From positions 1,547-65,546 of the IMG/VR virus record IMGVR_UViG_3300005805_000086: 64,000 bases of DNA; one strand, 5' to 3'. Each line of letters opens with the position of its first letter. The first letter of the stretch is position 1. A program made the translations under genes and the position numbers. Shown piece by piece: positions 1-9,730 of this stretch. The DNA is from a virus (lineage: Duplodnaviria; Caudoviricetes). The notes below the pieces were generated by a model. The model ran no database searches, was not told where the DNA came from, and saw only the letters and a list, made by a program, of their open reading frames with translations.

Positions 1-3000
1 GCAATTGATTTTTTACAATCAGCAAGCATCTCCATAAGTTCAAATGGGGTTCCAACTATTACCTTTTCTCCGCACCCACTGTTTGTTAACTATTCTGAAA
101 GTGACCGCAATTGGGGAAGTGTTGAAGCACCATCGGTAGATGAAATACGTGATGTTGTCTCGTATTTATTGCCATATATTTATGACAGTGCGGGCACGAC
201 TTCTGATCCTTTTGCGGATATATTAGAGATTCGTGAAAATAGAGAAGAACTATGGGCTGAAAATCTTTGGGATATTCTTTATGGTGAAAACCGCATTGGT
301 CCATCATTTGAAGTTTCTGAAGCAGCTAGGAAAGATGCAGAAAAAGGAAATAGTCCACTAGGAGAACTGTTAAGGGCACTTAAGATATCACGAAAAATAA
401 ATGAACCACGTACGGTTATTGATATTATGCTTGAATCCGTATTTAACCCAATTGAACTTGGTGTACATGATGCTACTGAACACCTTTCAACCGGACGCGG
501 ATTCGATAGGCATGGAGAATGGGCTGCATTACTGATAGCTTCCGCAGAAGATGCTGTCAGCGCTGATGATTGGGTGGAAACTGATGATCAACTCAGATCG
601 CTTTTAACTAACTTATTTTCCACTTTTGGCGGAATGCAAATTCTACTGCAACAGATAGAAACAGCAATTCAGAAAGAAAAAGCTAACGGCATTAATGATT
701 CTGACCGAAAGTCCTCAATTCAATTATCAGATCTCAAAGCTCTTGTCGTAGAAATTCTAAGTAGAAGTAACGAGTCAAAAATAGCAAAGGCGCTCAAGGA
801 TCGTGGACTTTTTTCCCCAATCGAGTTGTTTGATTTGCGCGACGAAGATGGACGACCAATTAATGGCAGCAAGTCTACGACTAGAGAAAACTTTAGAATA
901 AATGATGCTTCAAATAGACTTCTAAATGCCACTGCGGATGAATCAGGTGCAAGTCCGGTACATGGATCTAAGTCACGCACGGATAGGTATCGACTCGTAG
1001 GTCGAGAAGCAGAAGAAATATATGATGATCTCGAACTTACTACTGAGGAAAAAGTAGCTATTCGGCGAGCCCTGTCTGATGACCTATCCCACATACAAGC
1101 GTTGTACGATATGGTAAAAAGTGGACAGATACCAGAGTATGTACACCCAGGACTAACACGGAAACAAGTAATTGATATCCTCGAATCAATTGAACTATCC
1201 GTCTCATCTAATGGCGTTCCAGTCATAACTTTTATGGGGATGCCATACTTGCAAGATCTTCTTCCAAAAGATAGAAATTGGTCTACGGTAGAGGCGCCAT
1301 CTGTTGCAGAACTAGACAAAATCGGTGAACGGCTCGAAAATAATTTTGGCTCGAATTGGTCTGAAGAAGAAGAAGAGGCGCAGCTATTGGCTCTTCAAAT
1401 CTCAAGAATGATTATTGGGGGTGAAGATACTGGTAGCAAGCTAATACAAGAGAGATTATCTAATTTTATTGATAGTTTGAGATCGGCAACCCCTGATGCG
1501 GATATACGAAAGTTCTGGTTGGAGTTACTTAATGATTTGCCAGTTAATAATTTATCTGATGAAGAAAATCGTAAATTTATTGAGAAATTATTTGGTTTAA
1601 GTGCTGAAGGGCAGGGCCGACCACGATCATTTCCCGAAGTCATTATAAGAGAAATATTTGGGGTTTTATCTACGTCGCAGAGTCATGATCATGGAGAGCA
1701 CGCAGTAACTGGTCGTGGTTTTGACCGTCACGGGGAATGGGCCACATTTCTTTTTGCACTTAGTGTAGCGGATGGCCAGGTGCGGGATGTCGCTGCAGAA
1801 TTGGGTATTGAAGATGAAAGGGTAATCGACTTTGCTCGAAAAAATATTATTGCACATCTTCTTAATATTGGTTCAGAACAAATATTCTACTTTCAACAAC
1901 AAACTCACAGAGAGGGCCTACGACCACTCTTTAATAGACTCTACCCAGATCGCCAGATTCTTCCTGCAGCTATCGACATTGAAAAAATTATTACTGAAGG
2001 AATTGTCGATAATCTTATTCCTGAACGTACGCTTGCGACAAATGAAGTAAATATCAAACGGGCAGTCGGTCTTTTAATGAATGCAATTTATGCCAATAAG
2101 GTCGTAGACTATATGCCACCTGAAATGATGACCGACCTACTACGGGAAATGCTTGGTGATAGAGAGTTTATAGATAATATTTTGCCCCTATTGGCAAAAG
2201 AGCAAACAGGACTTATATCACCCCTGGAAATACAAGATGTTTTTAGTGGAATAAACTCAATAGTTACGAGAATAACGCGCTCTATAGTTAAGGACAAGAA
2301 GCCGGATGTTCTAAAAAACAAAGAAACGGCCATATTGTTTGAGGGAATAGGAACTGAAACATCGCAATATAATATTGATGGTAGGAGTATTGCAGATTCT
2401 AGGTTGAGTGCTGATGAGATAATTCAGCTACTTGATCCACGTAATGAAAATGGGGTTCCATTAAACGGTAGCAAATCATCCACAAAGATTAGTAAGCCAA
2501 TAAACGAAATGAATTTGGATGATATCAATGCAGTAGTAGAAGAAACACAACTGCATCACCTTCCAGATGCCGATGGGATAGACCCAAATAGAAAGAAAAT
2601 TGGGAGGAAGCTCATTGGTCTCATTGATGCTGATATCGCATCTTCAGGTGATCCAACCGAAGCACTCATCGAGAGAATGATAAATGAGCTTGGCTTAGAT
2701 CCACAAAATGTACAAATAGCCAGAGACCAACTTGATAGTGCGATTAATGCGATTACGCAAATTCTAAACAATGAATCAGGGCTCAAATTTCATGTAAGCA
2801 TGCCAGAAGAAACGGTACGCATGATATTGCAGTCATTCTCGGTTGGTGTAGCATCAGACGGATTGCCATATATAGTATTTGCCCCCGACCCACGCGTATC
2901 TAGTGTTATACCCGATGAACGAAATTGGCGCAATGTCGAAATACCATCCATTGATCGAATGATGGAATTTTTTGAGTTCATAAAGAGTGGGCGCGAGTCG

Positions 3001-6000
3001 GCTCCTGAAGAAGTTCAAAGAATCATAGAGAGCTTCATGGGTGGCATGCCCACCCAGGAAGAGGCAGATGGACTATGGGATCTAAGAAAAGCAACATTCG
3101 ATCTAAAAGAAGAGATATTAGCCACGTTAGATAGATTGTATAAATCTGCAAACATGTACGATGGAGACTATACCGAACAGTCAAAAGAAGATATAAAGAA
3201 ATTTAAAGAATTTGCAGAAAGAACTGGCATTCTTGGTTCACAACAATTAAACGGCTCTATCGTATATACGGTTCTGAAGTCTCTATTCTTGCCGTATACT
3301 GGCATCTTTCGCACGGGAAATCCGCACGATCCAGTCGAGCATATGGGTATTGGTCGCGGATTCGATAGGCATGGAGAATGGGCTGCATTTTTGGTTCAAT
3401 TGTCATTATGGAAGTCCTCTGAATCTTTCAATAACATGACTCCCGAACAAAGACAACATGCACTTCATCAAATATTCATAGACGGCAATATAATGCGCTT
3501 AATAAATGCGCAGATAAATTCAGCGACTTCCCAAACCAGTGATTCTGATCCAAATAGGAAAAAATTACTGAGCGAAATGAGAGATTTCCTATGGGAAATA
3601 TTTGATAATCGCAGCGATGCGACCGGTTATCTTGGAGTCGACTGGGATAAGGCAATTGAGATACTTGATCCACGGGACAGTAACGGTGAGCCAATTAATG
3701 GAAGCAAATCTAGTACGAGAAGCTTTTCACCACTTACCGAAGCCTCTGGAGCAACAAGAACACTGATTGCTGCCCAGGAAATGAATCATCGCAGTAGCCA
3801 AGATATGCTCAGGCCACGATTCGGACAATTGGATTCAGGTGATCTACGCAAGATTAATGGTCCATTCAAGCGCAATCCTTTCAAATATCAACTAAATAAT
3901 ATTGCTGAGAGAATGCGCAGTAATGAATCCGTAATCTCCGGATCAAAAAGTACAACTGGCTCACTTGTTCCAAACATACGCATGCGCGCCATATCGGATA
4001 TTCGAAAAGGGCGTGGCGATCTTGTTATTGAGAGATTTAATGATTTGCTACGGGCTCGACGCAATGTTGAGGATCAGATTAAATTCCTAGAGCAGTTCCT
4101 TGATGATGAAGATAATGAATTATGGGAAAGGTACGAAAATAGACATTCCCAACTTGAGGCAATTCTTGATGGAATAAACGCAGAGCTTAAAGAAATAATT
4201 GGCTCACTAGAATTTATGTCATCTGAACATAAAGCAGCAGATATATCGCGCAATGCGTCACAAAAAGCAAAGCAACTTCTGACTGAGCAGATGGGCAGAA
4301 TTAAGTCGGAATTTGATCTTACTCAAGATGATATTGATGAAATTAATAAATTATTAGATATTGACAATCGAGCAATGCGTGATTTATTGAATACGGCTCC
4401 AAGCACACAATCAATGGTGGAAATAATTAATAGCATCAATGCTGCTATTGATGAAATCGGAGCACGCGACATAGATAAACCAAAAGACAATTTTTATGAT
4501 CAATATGATGATGAGGATCGTAAACTTGTTAATGCCTCGGCTGCAGAAATGCTTAGTCATGCAATATCTATAGTTTCACGCAAAAAAGGCATTGACTCTA
4601 TTGGTAGGGCGGTTATAGAAGTTCAGTCAAGAGAGCTGAATGATGATGCTTCAATCACATCTACAACCCCAGGAAGCAAGTCATCAACCGCATCACGTGA
4701 ACAAATAGAGTCTTATCTAACTAATGAGTTAAGCCAAGATGATACCATTATTTCTCTTTCGGAAAAATTTAATACGCCGCCAGCAATTATAAACAGCATT
4801 ACTTTAAGAATGGGTGGACTTCAGGCATTAAGGCGTAATCGTGGGATTGCTATAGGTAATAGCGGTCAACAGAAACTCGCTGGAACTGTTGAACTGGAGA
4901 GATATCTCCTCGATGGCTTACAGTCATCGGATACCGCAACATCGCTAGCTAAAAGATTTGGCATACCGTTAAATCGTGCACAGTCAATAATTACACGCAT
5001 GGGTGGTATTGGGAAATTACGCAAGGAGCGTGGACTCGTGCGTACCACGAAGTTGGATGATCCGCCGATGCAAAGATTGGAAGAACATGCCCTGAATTCT
5101 ATTCGCGATACCGACACGATTAATTCACTAGCTAAGGAATTTGGCATAAGTCCTGGCCGTGTTGGGTATAGAATTAATTTACTTGGCGGATTGCGAAAGT
5201 TGAAACTAAAGAATAGACAACAGAATTCTGAGGTATCTTCGGTAGATGGTAGCAAATCCAGCACCAACGTGGCGCAAAAATATTTTGACTGGATCAACAG
5301 AGGAATGAACTCTCGAGAAATGGATGATATGAAATTCAGTTTGTTGATGGACAAAGAAGATATACATCGAGCGGCAATGGATTATGCGCGTAAGGAGGTT
5401 GAGCGTCTGCAGCTGTCACTCTCCGCAGAGGAAATTGAAAAAGAAACCGGAATACCCCTATTCGTTATCGCTTTAGTGACAGCCCAAATGAGTGATGATG
5501 ATATCAATGATGATACACTTCTCATGCTCAGTGATGATGATGATGATGATGATGAGTATGATGATAACGACGGGCCCGAGCGTAGTTTATTCGATAGTGT
5601 ATATGACAATAGATTTAGATTACTACGCGATCTTATAAAAACCCCGCGATTTATTCTTAAGTTCTTTATTGATAATAATGGGGAGGAGTCACTTCACAAA
5701 CTTGGGGAAAAGATTGTTCAGGCTATGGGCGTAGATAAAACAACCGCCCTAAGGATCATGGCCTCATATAATGGTTTCCGAAAAGGTTTTAATATCCGAG
5801 AATATGCAGACATTTTTGATTTAGATCTAGAAATTGCAGTTTATTCAAGGTATATGGGGCAACTACCGTTAGAGGAAATTCCCATCCTAGCTCGTGAACT
5901 AGGTATGACTGTTGCTCAATTTCTTGATTCCCCGTTGGGTAATGCCAATAGTAGTTTCAGAGTCTACAAAACCCTTAATACCACTAGTCTTGGAGGAAAT

Positions 6001-9000
6001 TTTAGAGGACGAGAAAGTTTTAGAAAAAGCTTTACCCCTGTTATTAGAGAAAGCCTTATCGAACTCATAAGGAGGACGGTGGCGCGGATGCGTGAAGATG
6101 AGTCCAGTTATGGGGCTGATGAACTCGAACAGTACGCTAATTCACTTGAGAACCTGGATACAGAAAACACACTTGACCCATCGTCAGCGACAGACGATGA
6201 GTTTCTTGCTTATGTCAATAGGGGACCATTGACGGACAGTGTGGTTGTTGGGGGTGATGAAGAAGTACGGGAGGCTGTATGGGACATGATACTATCGAAT
6301 GACAGTATCGAAACAATTGCCAACCGTTTTCGCACAACAGAAGATGATGTGCGAATGGCGATGATTGGCTTCTCGCGTCTCCCAGAGGATGAGGCTACCG
6401 CTGGGATGTACATATATCGCGCCTTCGTTCCCGAAAATCCGGGACTACCAGTGAGCAATACTGCCAGATTTGTTCAATACTTACCAAATATCGAAGTCGT
6501 TGCGAAGCTCCTGGGCGTTCCAGAACAACGTATTGTTTATTTATTTAGGGAGTACGCAAAACAAAATGATTTCACTACAGAAATGCTTTTTGAAACACTT
6601 TATGAGCATAGGACCGGACTGTCATCCATGGCAAAAATTCTCAACATTACCATCCCCGAATTGATCAATAAACATATAGAGATTCAAGAAGAAGAATATA
6701 AACAATTTTTATTGCGGGGATTCAGTAAAGATCCTGTCGAATATTCATATTCAATACGCCTCGGTGGGCATCTCAATGATTTGACAGAAAAAGATAGGTT
6801 TTCCATTGAGGACGTCGCGAAAATGATGGATATGAGCGTTCCGGAAGTCAGTGCACTGATAGATAAGTTTAAAGAAGTCTCGACAAAGAATAGAAAACTA
6901 CTTTCCCGCGTTTATAGCGATAATGATATTGATAATGATATTGATGACCCAGGTTCTGGTAGCAAATCCAGTACCAACTCGCCCAAATTAGTAGGCGTGG
7001 CAAAAACACCAAAAGAAATACTTGATGAAATAGACAAATATCTATCAAATAGCCTTGAGGAGAATGACACGGTAGGATCAATAGCTGAGAAGTTCGGACT
7101 GAGCTTTTTTGTCATAAATGAAAGAGTAAAAAAACTCGGTGGCATGAACAGATTGCGTTCAGAACGCGGATTTGCAAAAGACGCAAAATATTTAAGAAAT
7201 GCGTCCATAATCGATGATCTTCGTGAGCGTGGTGTCGACTTTCTGGAAGAAGGGGAAGCCGAAGAGCGGATGCGAAATGACTGGAATAAAAAAATTAAAG
7301 AAATAGCTCCGATGTTTTCGCAAGCAGCAAGGGATGTCGTATCTAGTGGTAGAAAAACATTAAAAGATGCTGGATATGCGTTCATTATGGGCCAGTTGGC
7401 ACAAATCGACCAAGATGGACGACCAATAGCAAAGATAAGGTGGAGCGACGTTGGTAATGATATTCATATACTTGCCGCCCGAACAAGACTCATAGAATCA
7501 AACGAACTTGAAGCACTTGAAAAACTAGATTCCATAATAGAAAGACTTGCTAACTCATCATCCGATGAGGAATCTGAAGACATAATGCGTGAAATATTTG
7601 GTGATATAGGTGAATCATTTGATCCAAGAGCACAACATTGGACAAATACAATCTCCGCTCGTGGGATAATATCTCAAGGAAGAATGCTCACACCACATCA
7701 CGGAGTTAATGGATTCGCCGGAACCGACAGCGCGCTACGCGCTAGGCAAGAAGCCCTTTATGGATTTCCGGTTCCTGAAGGTGGGAATGACCCATTCCTT
7801 GACCAGCGAACAATTAGTAGCGAAATGATTCCTTCATCCATAAATGATGATCACGTAAGACGACTGCGTGAAATATATGGAGAAGATATAGACATTATTG
7901 ATGGCTATGCTCTTGGAGATGATTCAAGGTATTCCAAGCTCCACAGATCGCCGTATGGCGCAACCAACTTCCAAACAGGAGACCGTAGGAGTGGCCTCCC
8001 AGCAAGAATAATACTGCGTCCAGAAACGGGCGATAGGAGTAGGTTCCACAGCGGAGATGGTCAGGCCGATACAAAGGAATCATTTACTGCTGCATCATTG
8101 AGCGACCCGGAGGTTGCCGCCTACATAATTGGCGGCCAGACGATCAATAGGCCATCAATACAAAATATTCTCCTAAGGGCATCCGGATCACGTAAGGCAT
8201 TTGTTGAATATAGGGCAAATAACGAAAATGATGGTGGCAAGTATCACGAAGCTATAGTTGCTGGCGGCATTGAGTTACAGGATATCGAGGCAATCATTAT
8301 GGGAATGGATGATGTCGCCAAAAAAGAAGGAAATGATGTTCTCGGTCTAAATGTAGATGATTCAACGTCCGTTTCATATGATCTTGGTGGACTGATCGGA
8401 CTAGTTCGAATGGGTGACGATGCCATGGATCAGCATGGCATTAAGATTGTCCCCGATGTTCTTGGTGGGCTTGGCAGTCAGGTTGAACTACATAATCCAG
8501 CAATGACACGCACATTTGTTGAGAGCGTTGCTGGTAGCGAATTTGAAGGGGTAGATACATCCTTTATCGAGGATGGTCAAACAACTCCATATATTGCGAT
8601 TCTTCAGGAGGCCTTACAGCGTTTAAAGGCAGGGGAAGATCCACGCATTACTAACATAAGTCCATCCCAGCTGAAAAAACCAGGTGCCAGGGAAAGCGCA
8701 ATAGATGGAATCCAAAATGAACTAGATAGGGTTATGGCCCGTAGGGTAAATACTACTGGAAGTAAGTCAACGACACGTTCCAATAGCGAACTGCCCGCCG
8801 TGCGAGCTGATAGGCGTGGAAAAGTTACTGGACCAAATACAATTGCTCTTCGTGAATATATTGAATCATCACTAGCAGAGGACGACACCATACGTTCTCT
8901 TGCTCGCAAATTTAATATTTCTGAATCAACTGTTGGTATTGAGGTTCAAAAACTCGGCGGTTTTAGTAAAATTAGGGCTGATCGTGGTTGGGATAACAGG

Positions 9001-9372
9001 AGTAGACGTGGTGTTCCGTCTGGTTCTGGAACAATTGCTTTACGCAATTACTTGAGTGGCACCATATCTGGAGATGACACCATCAGTTCACTAGCTGAAA
9101 AATTTGGAGTCTCGACATCGGTTGTTGGCGTTGAATTGCGCAAGCTTGGTGGGTTGAGGAAATTGCGTTCAAATAGCGAAACCACTCCACGTCAACGAAA
9201 CAGTCGAGAAATATCAAACAATGAAAGATCACTTATTTCCCATGTTTCGTCAAATCTAAGACCTGGAGATACGATTGAATCTTTGGGTAATGAGTTTGAT
9301 CTTCCATATGGCATAGTTCAGTCAATAGTTAATACACTTGGTGGAATGAAAAGACTAAAAGCCCAAAAATAA
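1..9372 (+). CDS. Giant polyvalent / putative virion polyprotein (5'-partial, >=3123 aa): 3 HDxxEH-GRGFDRHGEWA modules, coiled coil, multiple HTH repeats, ART-like domain
   Basis: Frame 1 is open from base 1 (AIDFLQSASISISSNGVPTITF...), so the track start at 169 (TTG) is internal. The upstream residues are homologous to two later repeats (SVSSNGVPVITF..RNWSTVEAPS; GVASDGLPYIVF..RNWRNVEIPS). Stop TAA at 9370-9372. Confidence 0.9.
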   Translation, partial: AIDFLQSASISISSNGVPTITFSPHPLFVNYSESDRNWGSVEAPSVDEIRDVVSYLLPYIYDSAGTTSDPFADILEIRENREELWAENLWDILYGENRIGPSFEVSEAARKDAEKGNSPLGELLRALKISRKINEPRTVIDIMLESVFNPIELGVHDATEHLSTGRGFDRHGEWAALLIASAEDAVSADDWVETDDQLRSLLTNLFSTFGGMQILLQQIETAIQKEKANGINDSDRKSSIQLSDLKALVVEILSRSNESKIAKALKDRGLFSPIELFDLRDEDGRPINGSKSTTRENFRINDASNRLLNATADESGASPVHGSKSRTDRYRLVGREAEEIYDDLELTTEEKVAIRRALSDDLSHIQALYDMVKSGQIPEYVHPGLTRKQVIDILESIELSVSSNGVPVITFMGMPYLQDLLPKDRNWSTVEAPSVAELDKIGERLENNFGSNWSEEEEEAQLLALQISRMIIGGEDTGSKLIQERLSNFIDSLRSATPDADIRKFWLELLNDLPVNNLSDEENRKFIEKLFGLSAEGQGRPRSFPEVIIREIFGVLSTSQSHDHGEHAVTGRGFDRHGEWATFLFALSVADGQVRDVAAELGIEDERVIDFARKNIIAHLLNIGSEQIFYFQQQTHREGLRPLFNRLYPDRQILPAAIDIEKIITEGIVDNLIPERTLATNEVNIKRAVGLLMNAIYANKVVDYMPPEMMTDLLREMLGDREFIDNILPLLAKEQTGLISPLEIQDVFSGINSIVTRITRSIVKDKKPDVLKNKETAILFEGIGTETSQYNIDGRSIADSRLSADEIIQLLDPRNENGVPLNGSKSSTKISKPINEMNLDDINAVVEETQLHHLPDADGIDPNRKKIGRKLIGLIDADIASSGDPTEALIERMINELGLDPQNVQIARDQLDSAINAITQILNNESGLKFHVSMPEETVRMILQSFSVGVASDGLPYIVFAPDPRVSSVIPDERNWRNVEIPSIDRMMEFFEFIKSGRESAPEEVQRIIESFMGGMPTQEEADGLWDLRKATFDLKEEILATLDRLYKSANMYDGDYTEQSKEDIKKFKEFAERTGILGSQQLNGSIVYTVLKSLFLPYTGIFRTGNPHDPVEHMGIGRGFDRHGEWAAFLVQLSLWKSSESFNNMTPEQRQHALHQIFIDGNIMRLINAQINSATSQTSDSDPNRKKLLSEMRDFLWEIFDNRSDATGYLGVDWDKAIEILDPRDSNGEPINGSKSSTRSFSPLTEASGATRTLIAAQEMNHRSSQDMLRPRFGQLDSGDLRKINGPFKRNPFKYQLNNIAERMRSNESVISGSKSTTGSLVPNIRMRAISDIRKGRGDLVIERFNDLLRARRNVEDQIKFLEQFLDDEDNELWERYENRHSQLEAILDGINAELKEIIGSLEFMSSEHKAADISRNASQKAKQLLTEQMGRIKSEFDLTQDDIDEINKLLDIDNRAMRDLLNTAPSTQSMVEIINSINAAIDEIGARDIDKPKDNFYDQYDDEDRKLVNASAAEMLSHAISIVSRKKGIDSIGRAVIEVQSRELNDDASITSTTPGSKSSTASREQIESYLTNELSQDDTIISLSEKFNTPPAIINSITLRMGGLQALRRNRGIAIGNSGQQKLAGTVELERYLLDGLQSSDTATSLAKRFGIPLNRAQSIITRMGGIGKLRKERGLVRTTKLDDPPMQRLEEHALNSIRDTDTINSLAKEFGISPGRVGYRINLLGGLRKLKLKNRQQNSEVSSVDGSKSSTNVAQKYFDWINRGMNSREMDDMKFSLLMDKEDIHRAAMDYARKEVERLQLSLSAEEIEKETGIPLFVIALVTAQMSDDDINDDTLLMLSDDDDDDDEYDDNDGPERSLFDSVYDNRFRLLRDLIKTPRFILKFFIDNNGEESLHKLGEKIVQAMGVDKTTALRIMASYNGFRKGFNIREYADIFDLDLEIAVYSRYMGQLPLEEIPILARELGMTVAQFLDSPLGNANSSFRVYKTLNTTSLGGNFRGRESFRKSFTPVIRESLIELIRRTVARMREDESSYGADELEQYANSLENLDTENTLDPSSATDDEFLAYVNRGPLTDSVVVGGDEEVREAVWDMILSNDSIETIANRFRTTEDDVRMAMIGFSRLPEDEATAGMYIYRAFVPENPGLPVSNTARFVQYLPNIEVVAKLLGVPEQRIVYLFREYAKQNDFTTEMLFETLYEHRTGLSSMAKILNITIPELINKHIEIQEEEYKQFLLRGFSKDPVEYSYSIRLGGHLNDLTEKDRFSIEDVAKMMDMSVPEVSALIDKFKEVSTKNRKLLSRVYSDNDIDNDIDDPGSGSKSSTNSPKLVGVAKTPKEILDEIDKYLSNSLEENDTVGSIAEKFGLSFFVINERVKKLGGMNRLRSERGFAKDAKYLRNASIIDDLRERGVDFLEEGEAEERMRNDWNKKIKEIAPMFSQAARDVVSSGRKTLKDAGYAFIMGQLAQIDQDGRPIAKIRWSDVGNDIHILAARTRLIESNELEALEKLDSIIERLANSSSDEESEDIMREIFGDIGESFDPRAQHWTNTISARGIISQGRMLTPHHGVNGFAGTDSALRARQEALYGFPVPEGGNDPFLDQRTISSEMIPSSINDDHVRRLREIYGEDIDIIDGYALGDDSRYSKLHRSPYGATNFQTGDRRSGLPARIILRPETGDRSRFHSGDGQADTKESFTAASLSDPEVAAYIIGGQTINRPSIQNILLRASGSRKAFVEYRANNENDGGKYHEAIVAGGIELQDIEAIIMGMDDVAKKEGNDVLGLNVDDSTSVSYDLGGLIGLVRMGDDAMDQHGIKIVPDVLGGLGSQVELHNPAMTRTFVESVAGSEFEGVDTSFIEDGQTTPYIAILQEALQRLKAGEDPRITNISPSQLKKPGARESAIDGIQNELDRVMARRVNTTGSKSTTRSNSELPAVRADRRGKVTGPNTIALREYIESSLAEDDTIRSLARKFNISESTVGIEVQKLGGFSKIRADRGWDNRSRRGVPSGSGTIALRNYLSGTISGDDTISSLAEKFGVSTSVVGVELRKLGGLRKLRSNSETTPRQRNSREISNNERSLISHVSSNLRPGDTIESLGNEFDLPYGIVQSIVNTLGGMKRLKAQK
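865..8775 (+). repeat. Nine copies of peptide motif G-S-K-S-[S/T/R]-T in the giant ORF
   Basis: Gly codons start at 865, 964, 2467, 3700, 3940, 4672, 5248, 6958 and 8758, read directly from the sequence. Confidence 0.95.
4699..9369 (+). repeat. Seven copies of a ~48-aa HTH-like repeat (DTIxSLAxKFGxS...LGGxxKLRxxRG)
   Basis: Copies at about 4700, 4890, 5075, 7025, 8845, 9035 and 9230, aligned by eye. Confidence 0.85.
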
Positions 9373-9388
9373 ACTATAGTTAAAATTT

Positions 9389-9730
9389 ATGAAACAAGCG
9401 AAGAAGACAAAACACATAAATCATTTGTGTAATATCGTTTTGCGTGTCAAGGGTTCGGTTAAAAACGAGATAGTTGATGCTGCAAGAAAAAATAATATGC
9501 CACTGTCGCAATACATTTTATATTGCGTCTGGGAACACATGCGTTCAGAACGCGGAATTCCACAGCCTGGGTCGGCACAATTCGCGATTCCGGATGTCAA
9601 GACTGAACTCGAGGCATATCTTCGTGGAGAACAAGTACTGATGCCGTGTGGGCGTCCTGCCTGCGATATTGTCGTCACTGAATTCCAGGGAATGGAATTC
9701 TGCGAAACATGCAATGTGAGGATCAAATGA
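9389..9730 (+). CDS. Ribbon-helix-helix (Arc/CopG-like) regulator with C-terminal Cys4 zinc finger
   Basis: IVLRVKGSVKNEIVDAARKNNMPLSQYI fits the RHH strand-helix-helix pattern; PCGRPAC...CETC at the C-terminus. Confidence 0.6.
   Translation: MKQAKKTKHINHLCNIVLRVKGSVKNEIVDAARKNNMPLSQYILYCVWEHMRSERGIPQPGSAQFAIPDVKTELEAYLRGEQVLMPCGRPACDIVVTEFQGMEFCETCNVRIK

Noticed and set aside
169-171. Track start codon for the giant ORF
   Set aside because: It is an internal TTG; the frame is open from base 1 and the upstream residues match the repeated module.
5530-5560. (GAT)n microsatellite as a phase-variation tract
   Set aside because: The trinucleotide unit keeps the frame and simply encodes poly-Asp.
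720-8909. Antisense ORFs of 60-200 aa opposite the giant gene (and similar ones opposite other long genes)
   Set aside because: No SD or recognisable motifs, and fully nested opposite strongly supported CDSs.
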